The notes below the pieces were generated by a model. The model worked only from the letters and a program-made list of their open reading frames with translations. It ran no database searches and was not told where the DNA came from. A DNA stretch of 64,000 bases from an uncultured bacterium. Its GTDB lineage: Bacteria; Fidelibacterota; Marinisomatia; Marinisomatales; JACNKV01. The stretch lies in NCBI GenBank assembly GCA_964645915.1, contig CAZYDH010000004.1:7224-71223 (forward strand), given 5' to 3'. The stretch's first letter is position 1; every line of letters begins with the position of its first letter. The position numbers were made by a program, and so were the translations under genes. Positions 45,770-55,997 of this stretch are shown one piece after another.

Positions 45770-48700
45770 ATGAAAATAACAAGAATTACCTCTATTTTAC
45801 TTAGTCTGACTGTACTATTATCAGCAGAGGGAAGGCTACGTCTTGTTAAAGCGGATAAATTAGAAAATATCACTGTAAACGATCAGTCAATACAAGTTCT
45901 TAGTGGAGATGTTATTTTTGATAAAGATGGTCTTACTATATCTTGTCGTAAAGCAGAATACCGTGAATCAATAGATCAGGGTTGGATGATCGATTCGGTT
46001 GTTGTTTATGATGAAGATATGGTACTTACATGTGACTCATTACATTTTGATTCTCCAACTGATCTTTTGATGGCGTTTAATAATACAAAGATCGCAGATG
46101 AAGACTATGAGCTTCTTTGTGACTCACTATATTTTTATACTGAAATAGATAGCGGGATAGCCATCGGAAACACCCGATTATCCCAAATCAATCAAGTCAT
46201 CACTGCTGATACAATTACTTATGTAAAATCTTCAAATAATAATGCCGTTTCTTACACTGCTTCCGGAAATGTTACTATCAGTGAACAAGATCGAACCGCA
46301 ACTTGCGGGATTGCAAAATATAACCATACTGACGAAATGACTCGATTGATCTTAGAACCAAAAGTGATTGAAAGTGGTCGAATATTATCCGGGAATGAGA
46401 TTGTTCTCCAATATAAAGACAAAGAATTAAATTATTTAGAAATACCATCTCATGCACACGTTGTTTCTCCTATAACTGGATGGAGAAATATTTTTCTCCC
46501 TGATGATTCAACAAGGACGATTAAACAATCTTTATCTTTCGATGATGAACTAACCGGGAAAACACTCCAAGGGTATTTCAAAGATGGAGTACTGGATTCT
46601 ATGCGAATCGAAGGAATGGCAACAACTTTATTTCACTTTTTCGAGGATTCCCTTTATCAAGGAGTCAATAATGCGTCCGGAGATACAATTTCACTGTATT
46701 TCTTGGAGAACGATTTAAATCATATTATTGTTTCCGGAGGAAGTCAGGGAATTTATACTCCGGATTCCATTAGCCAAGAGATGGACTCACCTGTTTCATA
46801 CGAATCTGAAATAATTGATTTTAAAGTCCCTGATGAGGTAACAACTTTACAAGAAAATGCCAAGCTTCACTATGAGGACATCGATTTGTTAGCTGGATAT
46901 GTAGATGTGGATTGGAGTACAAATCTTCTATACGCTTTACCTGCAGCACCCGGTGATTCTGTTATAGTCCCCATACAACCGTCTTTACTCCAAACGGGGC
47001 AAGAACCCATGGATGGAGATACAATGACCTTTAATTTATATACACAACACGGAAAGGTCATAAAAGGAGCTACAAAAGTTGAAGATGGTTTCTATTATGG
47101 GGAAGAGATCAGGAATGAAGATAAATCAATAATTTTTGTTCAAAAAAGTCTTTACACAACCTGTGACCTGAAGTTACCGCATTTTCATTTTGACAGCGAT
47201 AAAATGAAATTGATCCAAAATGATAAAGTTATTGCAAAACCGGTTGTGCTATATATTTCAGGCATACCGATCTTTGCACTTCCTTTTGCTATTTTTCCTC
47301 ATCAAGGAGGTTCTCGTCATTCCGGATGGATCATGCCTTCTTATGGTGAATCCCGTATCCGTGGACAATTTCTTGACGGTTTAGGTTATTATTGGGCACC
47401 TAATCCGTATTGGGATACAAAGTTTATTCTCAATTTTGCTGATCGACAGGGCATTACATTAAAAACGTTGAATCGTTATAAAAAACGATATAAATATTCT
47501 GGGAACTTACACTTAGAAACTCTTCAATTCTTAACGGGAGGTGAAAATGATATAATTGGTATTAAAGATGCCCGTAAAACGGATTATGTCATTAAATGGG
47601 ATCATAATCAAGTATTACGCAGACAGCAAACGTTTAATGTCAATGCTAAGTATTATAGTAATGGCGACTATAACCATTCAACGGGACTTCAACAAACAAA
47701 ACGATTAAAACAACAGGCTATCTCAAATGCAACATATAGAAAAAGTTGGAAAAAATCGAATAACTCAATTAGTTTGAATTTTAATGTAACACAAGATTTG
47801 ATGTCAAATTCTAGAATTGATTCAAACTCGGTCTTTTATCAAACTCCTAAATCAGCCTTAGATAAGATAACTCATTTTACTTCTACCCTTCCTACTCTCT
47901 CCTTTCGGAAAGGGACTAAGTTGATGTTCCCAACAAACCGTTCGGAAAAAAGTTGGTATCACTCTATCTCATGGAGTTATTCAAATAACTTTACACATAA
48001 ATTAAAAACCTGGTATCAAGCTGAAGAATTTATTGATGAAGATAGTACTAGCACTTATCAATGGAAATTGGATAAAAATGGAGAAGGTGTTGAGCATTCT
48101 GAGCATAATAGAGTTATGAATCATTCTCTTTCACTTAACACAACACAAAAAATATTTCGCTATATCTCTCTTGTGCCCAGTTTATCACTTCAATCCAAAT
48201 GGGTTGAATCTTATATGGAAGCAGCATTAAATGATTCAGGTGAAGTCTATTTATATGAGAAACCTGGTTTTGCAGCAAAAACCACCGGAAATTTCAAACT
48301 GAATTCAAGTACAAGTATCTATGGATACTTCCCTGTTAGTATTGGTCCCTTAAAAGCGATACGTCACGTGATTACTCCAAAAGTTGGATACTCTTATACA
48401 CCCGATTTTTCAAAGCCCATCTTTGGTTTTGATCCCGGATATTATAAAACATCTTTAGACACAACCTGGGATCGATTTAAAGGGACAGATGCCGGCGCAA
48501 CTCCTAACCAAGAAAAACAATTAATGACATTTTCCATCCGGAATATTGTAAAAGCCAAAGTTTTATCAGATAATGAAACTGAAAAGAAAATTGATCTCTT
48601 TTCCTGGAATATGTTCTCATCATATAATTTTGCTGCTGATGAATTTCGTTTAAGTAATTTATCTTCTACGATCAATACAAAAATTGCTAATCTTTTCAGG

Positions 48701-49288
48701 TTGGATGTGTCAATGACTCATGATTTTTATCAATATGCAGATGGAAAACGAATTCACAAATTCAATCGACTTGAAAACAATCTAATATTTCCTCGACTAA
48801 CAAAGTTAAGTTTTTCTACCGGATTCAATTTTTCAGGAAAGCGATTAAAAGGAGCTCGAGAACAAGCACTAACCGACACCACCTCTATTGACACCACAAG
48901 TGAAATGAATAGAACTCCATTTAATGATTATGATTTACCTTTAGAAGGTGGAAAATTCTGGTCAACCAGATTGTCATTACGGTATTCGCTTGAAAATCTT
49001 GATCCGTTAAATTCAACAAAGACTTTTTGGTTAAACTCTTCTTCATCTATTCAATTAACAGAGAATTGGAAACTAAAATATAATGCCCGATTTAACATGA
49101 TTGATAAAACATTGATCAGTCATACGGTTTCATTATACCGCGATCTTCACTGCTGGGAACTTTCGCTGAATTGGACTCCAAACGGGTACGGACAAGGAGT
49201 CTATTTAAAAATTAATGTGAAATCACCTACATTGAGTGATTTGAAAATTGAACAGCGTGGAGGAATATTCCAAAGCCGTTCCTGGTAA
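45770..49288 (+). CDS. lptD: LPS-assembly protein LptD-like outer-membrane protein (OstA N-terminal domain plus a very large beta-barrel)
   Basis: 1172 aa with a signal peptide and OstA-like N-terminal repeats. The core block YTTCDL..PHFHF...PIFALPFAIFP...RHSGWIMPSYG...YYWAPNPYWD matches the LptD signature region. Confidence 0.7.
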   Translation: MKITRITSILLSLTVLLSAEGRLRLVKADKLENITVNDQSIQVLSGDVIFDKDGLTISCRKAEYRESIDQGWMIDSVVVYDEDMVLTCDSLHFDSPTDLLMAFNNTKIADEDYELLCDSLYFYTEIDSGIAIGNTRLSQINQVITADTITYVKSSNNNAVSYTASGNVTISEQDRTATCGIAKYNHTDEMTRLILEPKVIESGRILSGNEIVLQYKDKELNYLEIPSHAHVVSPITGWRNIFLPDDSTRTIKQSLSFDDELTGKTLQGYFKDGVLDSMRIEGMATTLFHFFEDSLYQGVNNASGDTISLYFLENDLNHIIVSGGSQGIYTPDSISQEMDSPVSYESEIIDFKVPDEVTTLQENAKLHYEDIDLLAGYVDVDWSTNLLYALPAAPGDSVIVPIQPSLLQTGQEPMDGDTMTFNLYTQHGKVIKGATKVEDGFYYGEEIRNEDKSIIFVQKSLYTTCDLKLPHFHFDSDKMKLIQNDKVIAKPVVLYISGIPIFALPFAIFPHQGGSRHSGWIMPSYGESRIRGQFLDGLGYYWAPNPYWDTKFILNFADRQGITLKTLNRYKKRYKYSGNLHLETLQFLTGGENDIIGIKDARKTDYVIKWDHNQVLRRQQTFNVNAKYYSNGDYNHSTGLQQTKRLKQQAISNATYRKSWKKSNNSISLNFNVTQDLMSNSRIDSNSVFYQTPKSALDKITHFTSTLPTLSFRKGTKLMFPTNRSEKSWYHSISWSYSNNFTHKLKTWYQAEEFIDEDSTSTYQWKLDKNGEGVEHSEHNRVMNHSLSLNTTQKIFRYISLVPSLSLQSKWVESYMEAALNDSGEVYLYEKPGFAAKTTGNFKLNSSTSIYGYFPVSIGPLKAIRHVITPKVGYSYTPDFSKPIFGFDPGYYKTSLDTTWDRFKGTDAGATPNQEKQLMTFSIRNIVKAKVLSDNETEKKIDLFSWNMFSSYNFAADEFRLSNLSSTINTKIANLFRLDVSMTHDFYQYADGKRIHKFNRLENNLIFPRLTKLSFSTGFNFSGKRLKGAREQALTDTTSIDTTSEMNRTPFNDYDLPLEGGKFWSTRLSLRYSLENLDPLNSTKTFWLNSSSSIQLTENWKLKYNARFNMIDKTLISHTVSLYRDLHCWELSLNWTPNGYGQGVYLKINVKSPTLSDLKIEQRGGIFQSRSW

Positions 49289-49323
49289 TTCTGAAACAAG
49301 TGTAATTAACGAAAGGATATCCA

Positions 49324-50283
49324 ATGTTTTTACAAAAAAGAACTCATTACTTCAGCTTACTGTTCGCTTTATATCTGATTTGTTTTTCCGGTTGTACAGT
49401 ACTCAAATCTTTAGACTCAACACAAAAATTCTCTTTTGCCGTTCTTGCTGATCCCAGGCATGGAGGTGAGACATGGATTAACACTCTTTCGGAAATACGC
49501 GATCGAAATGTAAACTCAGACCCTAAATTTGATCCTGTTGAATTAGTGCTTGTTGCTGGAGATATTGACCCAATTGATATACGACATAATGAATACAAGA
49601 AGGTTTTTTCTCAAAATGATAATAGTCCGGTTTTCTTACCCGTCATCGGTAATCATGAGTTCGAGGATGATGGTAAACATTTTCGCTATGTAAGAGATAC
49701 GATGATTCCTTCTATAGCAAACGCCGTCCGTAGACATCCAACTTCATGCGATTATTATTATGACTATAAAAATGTCCGGTTCATAATAGTTGATGGTTAT
49801 ACAGATCTAGGAGATCGTGGTGTTATAAATCCCGATGGGAGACAATGGGTTGAACAAACCATTAAGTCAACACCCGTAACGACGGATCATATTTTTATCT
49901 CGTTTCATGAGCCTGCTTTCCCTCGATATCGACATATTAATGATTCATTTAATGCAGATCCTGAAAAGCGAGATGCTTTTTGGAAAATGTTACTGAATTA
50001 CAAAGATAAAGTTCGAGCGGTTTTGGTCGGTCATACGCATTATTATTATCGTTTATGTATTAATGATCCTGCGGGAATCTCTGCAAATGATATGGATGCT
50101 TTTCCAATCGAAGAAGGTGGAATTTATCAGATAGATGCAGGATCATCAGGTAACAGCGATAAAAGCACAATTGTACAAACCCAAGTAAACGGTAAAAATG
50201 TATCCTTCAAGGTTCTTCAAGCTGACTATGGGAGTGACAAACCTTTTAGTAAAATTGATGAGTGGAAGATTACCGGAGATTAA
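49324..50283 (+). CDS. Metallophosphoesterase lipoprotein (calcineurin-like)
   Basis: Lipobox (FSGC) and GDID, GNHE and VGHTH motifs. Confidence 0.65.
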   Translation: MFLQKRTHYFSLLFALYLICFSGCTVLKSLDSTQKFSFAVLADPRHGGETWINTLSEIRDRNVNSDPKFDPVELVLVAGDIDPIDIRHNEYKKVFSQNDNSPVFLPVIGNHEFEDDGKHFRYVRDTMIPSIANAVRRHPTSCDYYYDYKNVRFIIVDGYTDLGDRGVINPDGRQWVEQTIKSTPVTTDHIFISFHEPAFPRYRHINDSFNADPEKRDAFWKMLLNYKDKVRAVLVGHTHYYYRLCINDPAGISANDMDAFPIEEGGIYQIDAGSSGNSDKSTIVQTQVNGKNVSFKVLQADYGSDKPFSKIDEWKITGD

Positions 50284-50475
50284 TAAATACTCAAAACCAG
50301 ATTTACATAAACCGGTATGTCAACCTTAGGATCTTGTAAAAGTTAATATTGGTATGTTACAAATATTTAACAGATTAGATTATTAAAATATTAACGATTT
50401 AAACTTTTTTAATTTTTTCGTTCATTCTATCTTCTGAAAGTCAGAAATTCTTCTAATAAATTAGAGGAAAATATT

Positions 50476-50805
50476 ATGATCTGTCCGGAATGTTTAGTAG
50501 AATATGTTGAAGGAGCTGAGGTTTGTGCAGATTGCAAAGTATCTCTAGTAGATGCCGAACCATTAGATTTACCTTTACAAGAAATAGAGTGGGTTAAATT
50601 ATCACCTGTTTCCGGTCAAGTCTATGCTGAAATGGTTGCAGAGGTATTGAGTAATGAAAATATTCCAAATTATATTAAAGCAGATTGGGCTGAGTCAGCT
50701 TTTAGTATTTCAGCAGTAAATCTTCCTGGGACAAAAGTTGTTATTTATGTCCCAGTAGATTATCAAACAAAAGCCGAAGCAATTTTGAACGATATAGTGG
50801 GCTAG
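50476..50805 (+). CDS. Hypothetical protein: N-terminal zinc ribbon plus DUF2007-like domain
   Basis: 109 aa with CPEC...x13...CADC, then a small alpha/beta region. It ends 3 nt before hisS. Confidence 0.45.
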   Translation: MICPECLVEYVEGAEVCADCKVSLVDAEPLDLPLQEIEWVKLSPVSGQVYAEMVAEVLSNENIPNYIKADWAESAFSISAVNLPGTKVVIYVPVDYQTKAEAILNDIVG

Positions 50806-50808
50806 ATT

Positions 50809-52068
50809 ATGGGGCAACAACGGATTCATTCAATAAAAGGCACTAACGATATTCTCCCGGATACTTCCGAACAATGGCAGTTGTTGGAATCAAAACTACA
50901 TCAGTTTATGGAAAAATACGGATATAATGAAATTCGAACACCTGTTTTTGAAAAAACATCCTTATTTGCCAGAGGTGTCGGTGAAGAAACCGATATCGTT
51001 TCCAAAGAAATGTATAATTGGGTTGATCAAGGTGGAACGGCTCTTACGTTAAAACCTGAGTTGACCGCACCGGTCGTTCGATCATTTATCCAACATAATC
51101 TGGATAAATTATCTCCGATTACAAAACTATATTATTTTGACGCACTTTTCCGAAGAGAACGACCTCAAAAAGGACGATACCGTCAATTTCATCAATTTGG
51201 AGTTGAAGCGTTTGGATCTTCGTATCCGGAACAAGACGCGGAGGTCATCGATATTGCATGGTCGTTTTTTCAATCCATTGAATTGACCTCTATCAAACTC
51301 AATTTGAACAGTATCGGGTCTAAAGAATGTCGTAATCAATACCGTACTGCGCTGCAGGATTTTCTACGACCTTATTTCAATGATCTTTCTGAGACAAGTC
51401 AACATCGATTTGAAACAAACCCACTACGGATATTAGACACAAAATCTCCTCAAGAAATTGAAATATTACAAGAGGCTCCTAGTATTACGGACTACCATAC
51501 CACTGAAGATGCAAAACATTTTGATGAAGTAAAAACAAACCTAGATGCTTTAGGCATCCCCTTCACATTAAATCATAGAATGGTACGAGGATTAGATTAC
51601 TATACACGGACAACCTTCGAAATTACATCTGAAGATCTTGGAGCTCAAGACGCACTTTGCGGTGGAGGCAGATATGACAATTTAGTTGAAACTCTCGGAG
51701 GAAAACCCACACCGGCGATCGGATTTGCTGCAGGCGTTGAAAGATTAATGTTACTTCTAAACTCGGAGAAATTTGTAAAAGAATCAGCGGTTCAAGCTTA
51801 CTTTATCTGTTTGGGAGATACTCCTCGAACATTTGTCGCAAAAACAGTAAATGAGCTTCGACAGAAAGGGCTTATTGTTCAATCAGACATGCTACGTCGT
51901 AGTATGAAAGCTCAATTAAGAGATGCAAATCGAGGAAATGCAATTCATGCTGTTATTATTGGTGAAGAAGAATTTTCCTCACAAACGGCAATCATCAAAG
52001 ATCTAAAATCAGGATCGCAAACATCAGTATCTTTTGACCAGTTAACTAACTACTTTCTCAATAAATAA
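50809..52068 (+). CDS. hisS: Histidine--tRNA ligase
   Basis: 419 aa with class II motifs (FRRERPQKGRYRQFHQ, GGGRYD) and an anticodon-binding C-terminus. Confidence 0.9.
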   Translation: MGQQRIHSIKGTNDILPDTSEQWQLLESKLHQFMEKYGYNEIRTPVFEKTSLFARGVGEETDIVSKEMYNWVDQGGTALTLKPELTAPVVRSFIQHNLDKLSPITKLYYFDALFRRERPQKGRYRQFHQFGVEAFGSSYPEQDAEVIDIAWSFFQSIELTSIKLNLNSIGSKECRNQYRTALQDFLRPYFNDLSETSQHRFETNPLRILDTKSPQEIEILQEAPSITDYHTTEDAKHFDEVKTNLDALGIPFTLNHRMVRGLDYYTRTTFEITSEDLGAQDALCGGGRYDNLVETLGGKPTPAIGFAAGVERLMLLLNSEKFVKESAVQAYFICLGDTPRTFVAKTVNELRQKGLIVQSDMLRRSMKAQLRDANRGNAIHAVIIGEEEFSSQTAIIKDLKSGSQTSVSFDQLTNYFLNK

Positions 52069-52110
52069 TAGATCATAAACAATATAAATCGGATACGGAC
52101 TTAAACGAAA

Positions 52111-54606
52111 ATGGCAAAATCATTACTAATTGTTGAATCTCCTTCTAAAGCAAAAACGATATCTAAATATTTAGGAAAAGAATATGAAGTTCTCGCCTGT
52201 GTCGGTCATGTAAAGGATCTACCCAAAAAAGATCTTGGGATTGATATTGAAAATGATTTTGAAATGACACTTCAGGTACTCCCTGATCGAAAATCCTTCA
52301 TTCGAGAATTAAAGACAAAATCTAAACAGGTTGAAACGGTGATCATTGCTACAGACCCTGATCGTGAAGGAGAAGCAATAGCAGATCATATTGCCACCGA
52401 AATCCCTAAGGCTAAATTAAAGCGAGTCCAATTTACTGAGATAACAAAGCAAGGCGTTCTTGATGGAATGTCTCATTCTTCCGTTATTGATCAAAATATG
52501 GTTTCAGCCCAAAAAACCCGTCGAATAATCGATCGTCTGGTAGGATATAAAATTTCTCCTTTATTATGGAATACCCTTCAGAAAAATATGCGGTTTGTAA
52601 AAACAGCTTTATCAGCCGGACGTGTTCAGTCTGCAGCTGTGAAAATTATCGTGGATCGTGACCGTGAAAGAGCACGTTTTAGACAAGCTGAATATTATGA
52701 TCTAACAGCCATTCTTGCTACAAAGGAGAATGAAACTTTTCAATCTCGACTTTTCCAACTTGAAGGTGAAAAATTAGCGCGCGGAACAGATTTTGATAAA
52801 ACGACCGGACAATTAAAAAATAATAATCGAATTCTACTTAATCAATCTGATGCAGAAGATCTAAAAGATAAATTGGTCAAAGGAGTATGGGTTGTAAATA
52901 AAATTGAGAATAAACCGCAAACATCCCGTCCTTCCCCACCTTTTACGACCAGCACTCTCCAACAGGAATCTGGACGAAAACTGAATTTTACGGCTAGAAA
53001 AACGATGCGGACTGCTCAGCAATTGTACGAATCGGGTTTTATTACTTACATGCGTACCGACTCAACACATTTATCTCAAGAAGCATTAAATGCAGCTCGT
53101 AATTATATTAGCCATGCTTACGGAAATGAAGCTTTACCTAAAAAACCAAATATTTATGTTACAAAAGTAAAAAATGCACAAGAAGCTCATGAAGCAATCC
53201 GTCCTGCAGGTGATAAATTTGTTTCCCCTGATATTATTTTAAACTCACTAGGCAAAGATGCTGCTCGTCTTTATGAATTAATTTGGAAACGTACAATCGC
53301 TTCTCAGATGCTACCTGCAAAATTAATGCAGACGATAGCCCATATTACCAACCAAAATGCTGTTTTTCGATCCCAAGGAAAGGTTATTCTTTTTGCGGGG
53401 TACATGCAAATCTATGTTGAAGGACGAGAGGAGGCTAAGAAAAAATCTGACCAAGTTATTTTGCCGTCCTTAGCAGAAAAAGATGAATTGTCATGCCAAT
53501 CCATTGATGTAGCCGATCACAATACAAAACCTCCTGCACGTTATTCTGAAGCGGCTCTGATTAAAGAACTTGAATCTCAAGGAATCGGACGTCCCTCCAC
53601 ATATGCATCGATCATTGATACAATTCAACGACGAGAATATGTTCGTGTTGAAAAAAGAAAACTCATCCCGACCTACATCGCTGTAGCCGTAACCCAATTA
53701 CTTGAAAATCATTTCGAATCGTTAGTTGATGCTACATTTACAGCAAAAATGGAGGACAATCTTGATGAAATTTCTCGAGGTGAACGTAAAGCATTACCAT
53801 TTATGAATACATTTTATTTTGGTTCAGAAAAACAAGTCGGATTAGATAAAATGCTTTCATCTGAAGTTGATATAAGGAAAGCCTGTTCTCTTAATACACA
53901 TGGTGATCTAGTGGAAGGAAGGATCGGTCAATTTGGTCCGTTTTTAAAAGCAAATGAAAAAACAAAAGCCATTCCGTTAAGTGTGGCTTTGGGAGATCTA
54001 ACACCTGAAAAAATTCAAGAATTGATCAATAAACCTGATAAAACCGACACTTCTGTTGGAACAGATCCAGAGTCAGGAGAAGAAATTTATTTAAAAGAAG
54101 GACCCTACGGATTCTACGTTCAGCTTGGTGACACCAATAAAAGGAAATCACTTTTAAAAGGAACAGATCCAGATGATGTTACCCTTGAAACCGCAGTAGC
54201 CTTGCTGTCACTTCCAAAATTATTAGGTAAACATCCAGAGTCAGGAGAAGAAATTTATTCTGATCTTGGTCGGTATGGCCCTTACATCCGTTGTGGAAAA
54301 TCCAACGCAAAACTTTTACCTCCCTTGACACCTATTAATATCAACTTAGAACAAGCTGTTGAAGTCCTAAAGAAAAGGACAACGGGTTCAGTTGAGATCA
54401 GAGTAGTTGGGGATCATCCGGTTTCCGGTGAGTCATTAATTATTAAAAAAGGTCGTTACGGTCCATACATAACTGATGGAAAAATCAATGCTCCATTACC
54501 AAAGAACTCCGATCCGGAGACCATCGAATTTGATCAAGTGGTTTCAGTGATTGATAATCGTCGTGCAAACCCACCTAAAAAACGACCTAGAAGAAGAAAG
54601 AAATAA
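52111..54606 (+). CDS. topA: DNA topoisomerase I
   Basis: 831 aa with Toprim LLIVESPSKAKTI and DPDREGE, active-site Tyr block GFITYMRTDS, C-terminal GxYGPY repeat modules and a basic tail. Confidence 0.92.
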   Translation: MAKSLLIVESPSKAKTISKYLGKEYEVLACVGHVKDLPKKDLGIDIENDFEMTLQVLPDRKSFIRELKTKSKQVETVIIATDPDREGEAIADHIATEIPKAKLKRVQFTEITKQGVLDGMSHSSVIDQNMVSAQKTRRIIDRLVGYKISPLLWNTLQKNMRFVKTALSAGRVQSAAVKIIVDRDRERARFRQAEYYDLTAILATKENETFQSRLFQLEGEKLARGTDFDKTTGQLKNNNRILLNQSDAEDLKDKLVKGVWVVNKIENKPQTSRPSPPFTTSTLQQESGRKLNFTARKTMRTAQQLYESGFITYMRTDSTHLSQEALNAARNYISHAYGNEALPKKPNIYVTKVKNAQEAHEAIRPAGDKFVSPDIILNSLGKDAARLYELIWKRTIASQMLPAKLMQTIAHITNQNAVFRSQGKVILFAGYMQIYVEGREEAKKKSDQVILPSLAEKDELSCQSIDVADHNTKPPARYSEAALIKELESQGIGRPSTYASIIDTIQRREYVRVEKRKLIPTYIAVAVTQLLENHFESLVDATFTAKMEDNLDEISRGERKALPFMNTFYFGSEKQVGLDKMLSSEVDIRKACSLNTHGDLVEGRIGQFGPFLKANEKTKAIPLSVALGDLTPEKIQELINKPDKTDTSVGTDPESGEEIYLKEGPYGFYVQLGDTNKRKSLLKGTDPDDVTLETAVALLSLPKLLGKHPESGEEIYSDLGRYGPYIRCGKSNAKLLPPLTPININLEQAVEVLKKRTTGSVEIRVVGDHPVSGESLIIKKGRYGPYITDGKINAPLPKNSDPETIEFDQVVSVIDNRRANPPKKRPRRRKK
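54065..54091 (+). repeat. 27-nt perfect direct repeat, copy 1 (ATCCAGAGTCAGGAGAAGAAATTTATT), inside topA
   Basis: Identical 27-mer at 54233-54259, offset 168 nt (in frame). It encodes PESGEEIY at the start of two TopA C-terminal repeat modules. Confidence 0.9.
54233..54259 (+). repeat. 27-nt perfect direct repeat, copy 2, inside topA
   Basis: See copy 1 at 54065-54091. Confidence 0.9.
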
Positions 54607-54629
54607 GTACAGTTTCATTAAGGATAATT

Positions 54630-55937
54630 ATGAATTTAAAATCAATTGAAAATATTGTATCACTCTCTAAACGCCGAGGATTTATTTTCCAAAGTTCTGA
54701 AATTTATGGCGGTCTGGGATCCACATGGGATTATGGTCCGTTAGGCGTCGAAATGAAACGGAAAGTGAAAAACTTCTGGTGGCATGAAATGGTGACATCC
54801 CGTGATAATATTGTTGGGATGGACGCATCCATTCTTATGCATCCAAATGTATGGGAAGCTAGTGGTCATGTATCCAATTTCCATGATCCTATGGTGGATT
54901 GTAAGCATTGTAAGTCTAGATATCGTGCTGATCATATTGATCTGGATAAACCCTGTAAAAAATGTGGAATAAAAGATTGGACAGAACCTCGACAATTTAA
55001 TTTAATGTTTAAAACAGCCATCGGTCCGGTTGTTGATTCAGGAGAAATCACCTACCTACGTCCTGAAACTGCACAGGGTATTTTTGTTAATTATTCGAAT
55101 GTGCAAACTACTTCAAGACAAAAAATTCCATTTGGCATTGCTCAACTTGGAAAAGCGTTTCGGAATGAAATCACAACAGGTAACTTTTTATTCCGTACAC
55201 GAGAGTTTGAACAAATGGAGATGGAATTCTTTGTTCATCCTAAAGAAACAAGGGAATGGTTAGACTATTGGAGTAATGAACGACTTAATTGGTTTAAGCG
55301 TCTTGGAGTTTCTCCGGATAAATTACGGTTACGCGCACACGGTGACGATGAATTAGCCCACTACTCTTCAGCCTGTTATGATGTTGAGTATGAATTCCCA
55401 TTTGGATGGTCTGAACTTGAAGGGATAGCCGATCGCGGAACATTCGATCTTGACCAACACAACGAACATAGCGGGAAAAAACAAAATTATTTTGATCCAC
55501 AAACTAATCAAAGATATGTACCTGCGGTTGTTGAATCTTCAGCAGGAGTCGATCGGGCATTTTTGACTTGCCTGGTAGATGCCTATACTGAAGAAGAAGT
55601 AAATGGAGAAAAACGGACTGTCTTAAAATTATCCCCTCAAATCGCACCGATTACTTGTGCGGTATTTCCTTTGGTGAAAAAAGACGGTCAACCGGAAGTC
55701 GCTCAAAAGATCGTAAAAGATATTCGAAAAGAATTTAGCTCATTCTTCGACCTGGGTGGTTCAATCGGAAAACGATATCGCCGTCAAGATGAAGCCGGAA
55801 CCCCATTTGGAGTAACGGTTGATCATGACACAATGGAAGATGGAACCGTCACTTTACGAGATCGTGATACAATGGAACAAATCCGTATTCCTGCAGAATC
55901 GGTAGTAAAAGTTTTAAGAGAAAAAATAGAGCAATAA
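54630..55937 (+). CDS. glyQS: Glycine--tRNA ligase (dimeric alpha2 type)
   Basis: 435 aa with YGGLGSTWDYGPLG, LRPETAQGIFVNY and FRNEITxxxFxFRxREFEQMEMEFF blocks. Confidence 0.9.
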   Translation: MNLKSIENIVSLSKRRGFIFQSSEIYGGLGSTWDYGPLGVEMKRKVKNFWWHEMVTSRDNIVGMDASILMHPNVWEASGHVSNFHDPMVDCKHCKSRYRADHIDLDKPCKKCGIKDWTEPRQFNLMFKTAIGPVVDSGEITYLRPETAQGIFVNYSNVQTTSRQKIPFGIAQLGKAFRNEITTGNFLFRTREFEQMEMEFFVHPKETREWLDYWSNERLNWFKRLGVSPDKLRLRAHGDDELAHYSSACYDVEYEFPFGWSELEGIADRGTFDLDQHNEHSGKKQNYFDPQTNQRYVPAVVESSAGVDRAFLTCLVDAYTEEEVNGEKRTVLKLSPQIAPITCAVFPLVKKDGQPEVAQKIVKDIRKEFSSFFDLGGSIGKRYRRQDEAGTPFGVTVDHDTMEDGTVTLRDRDTMEQIRIPAESVVKVLREKIEQ

Positions 55938-55997
55938 TCTTTCCATCAATACTCCTCATTTTTTCGAATTTCTAATTTTCTAACTCGAGGTTTTTCT

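Noticed and set aside
50432-50446. Hairpin TTCTGA-aag-TCAGAA upstream of the zinc-ribbon/DUF2007 gene
   Set aside because: It is a 6-bp AT-rich stem with no following T-tract, so it is not a credible terminator. No conserved riboswitch-like context was recognised.
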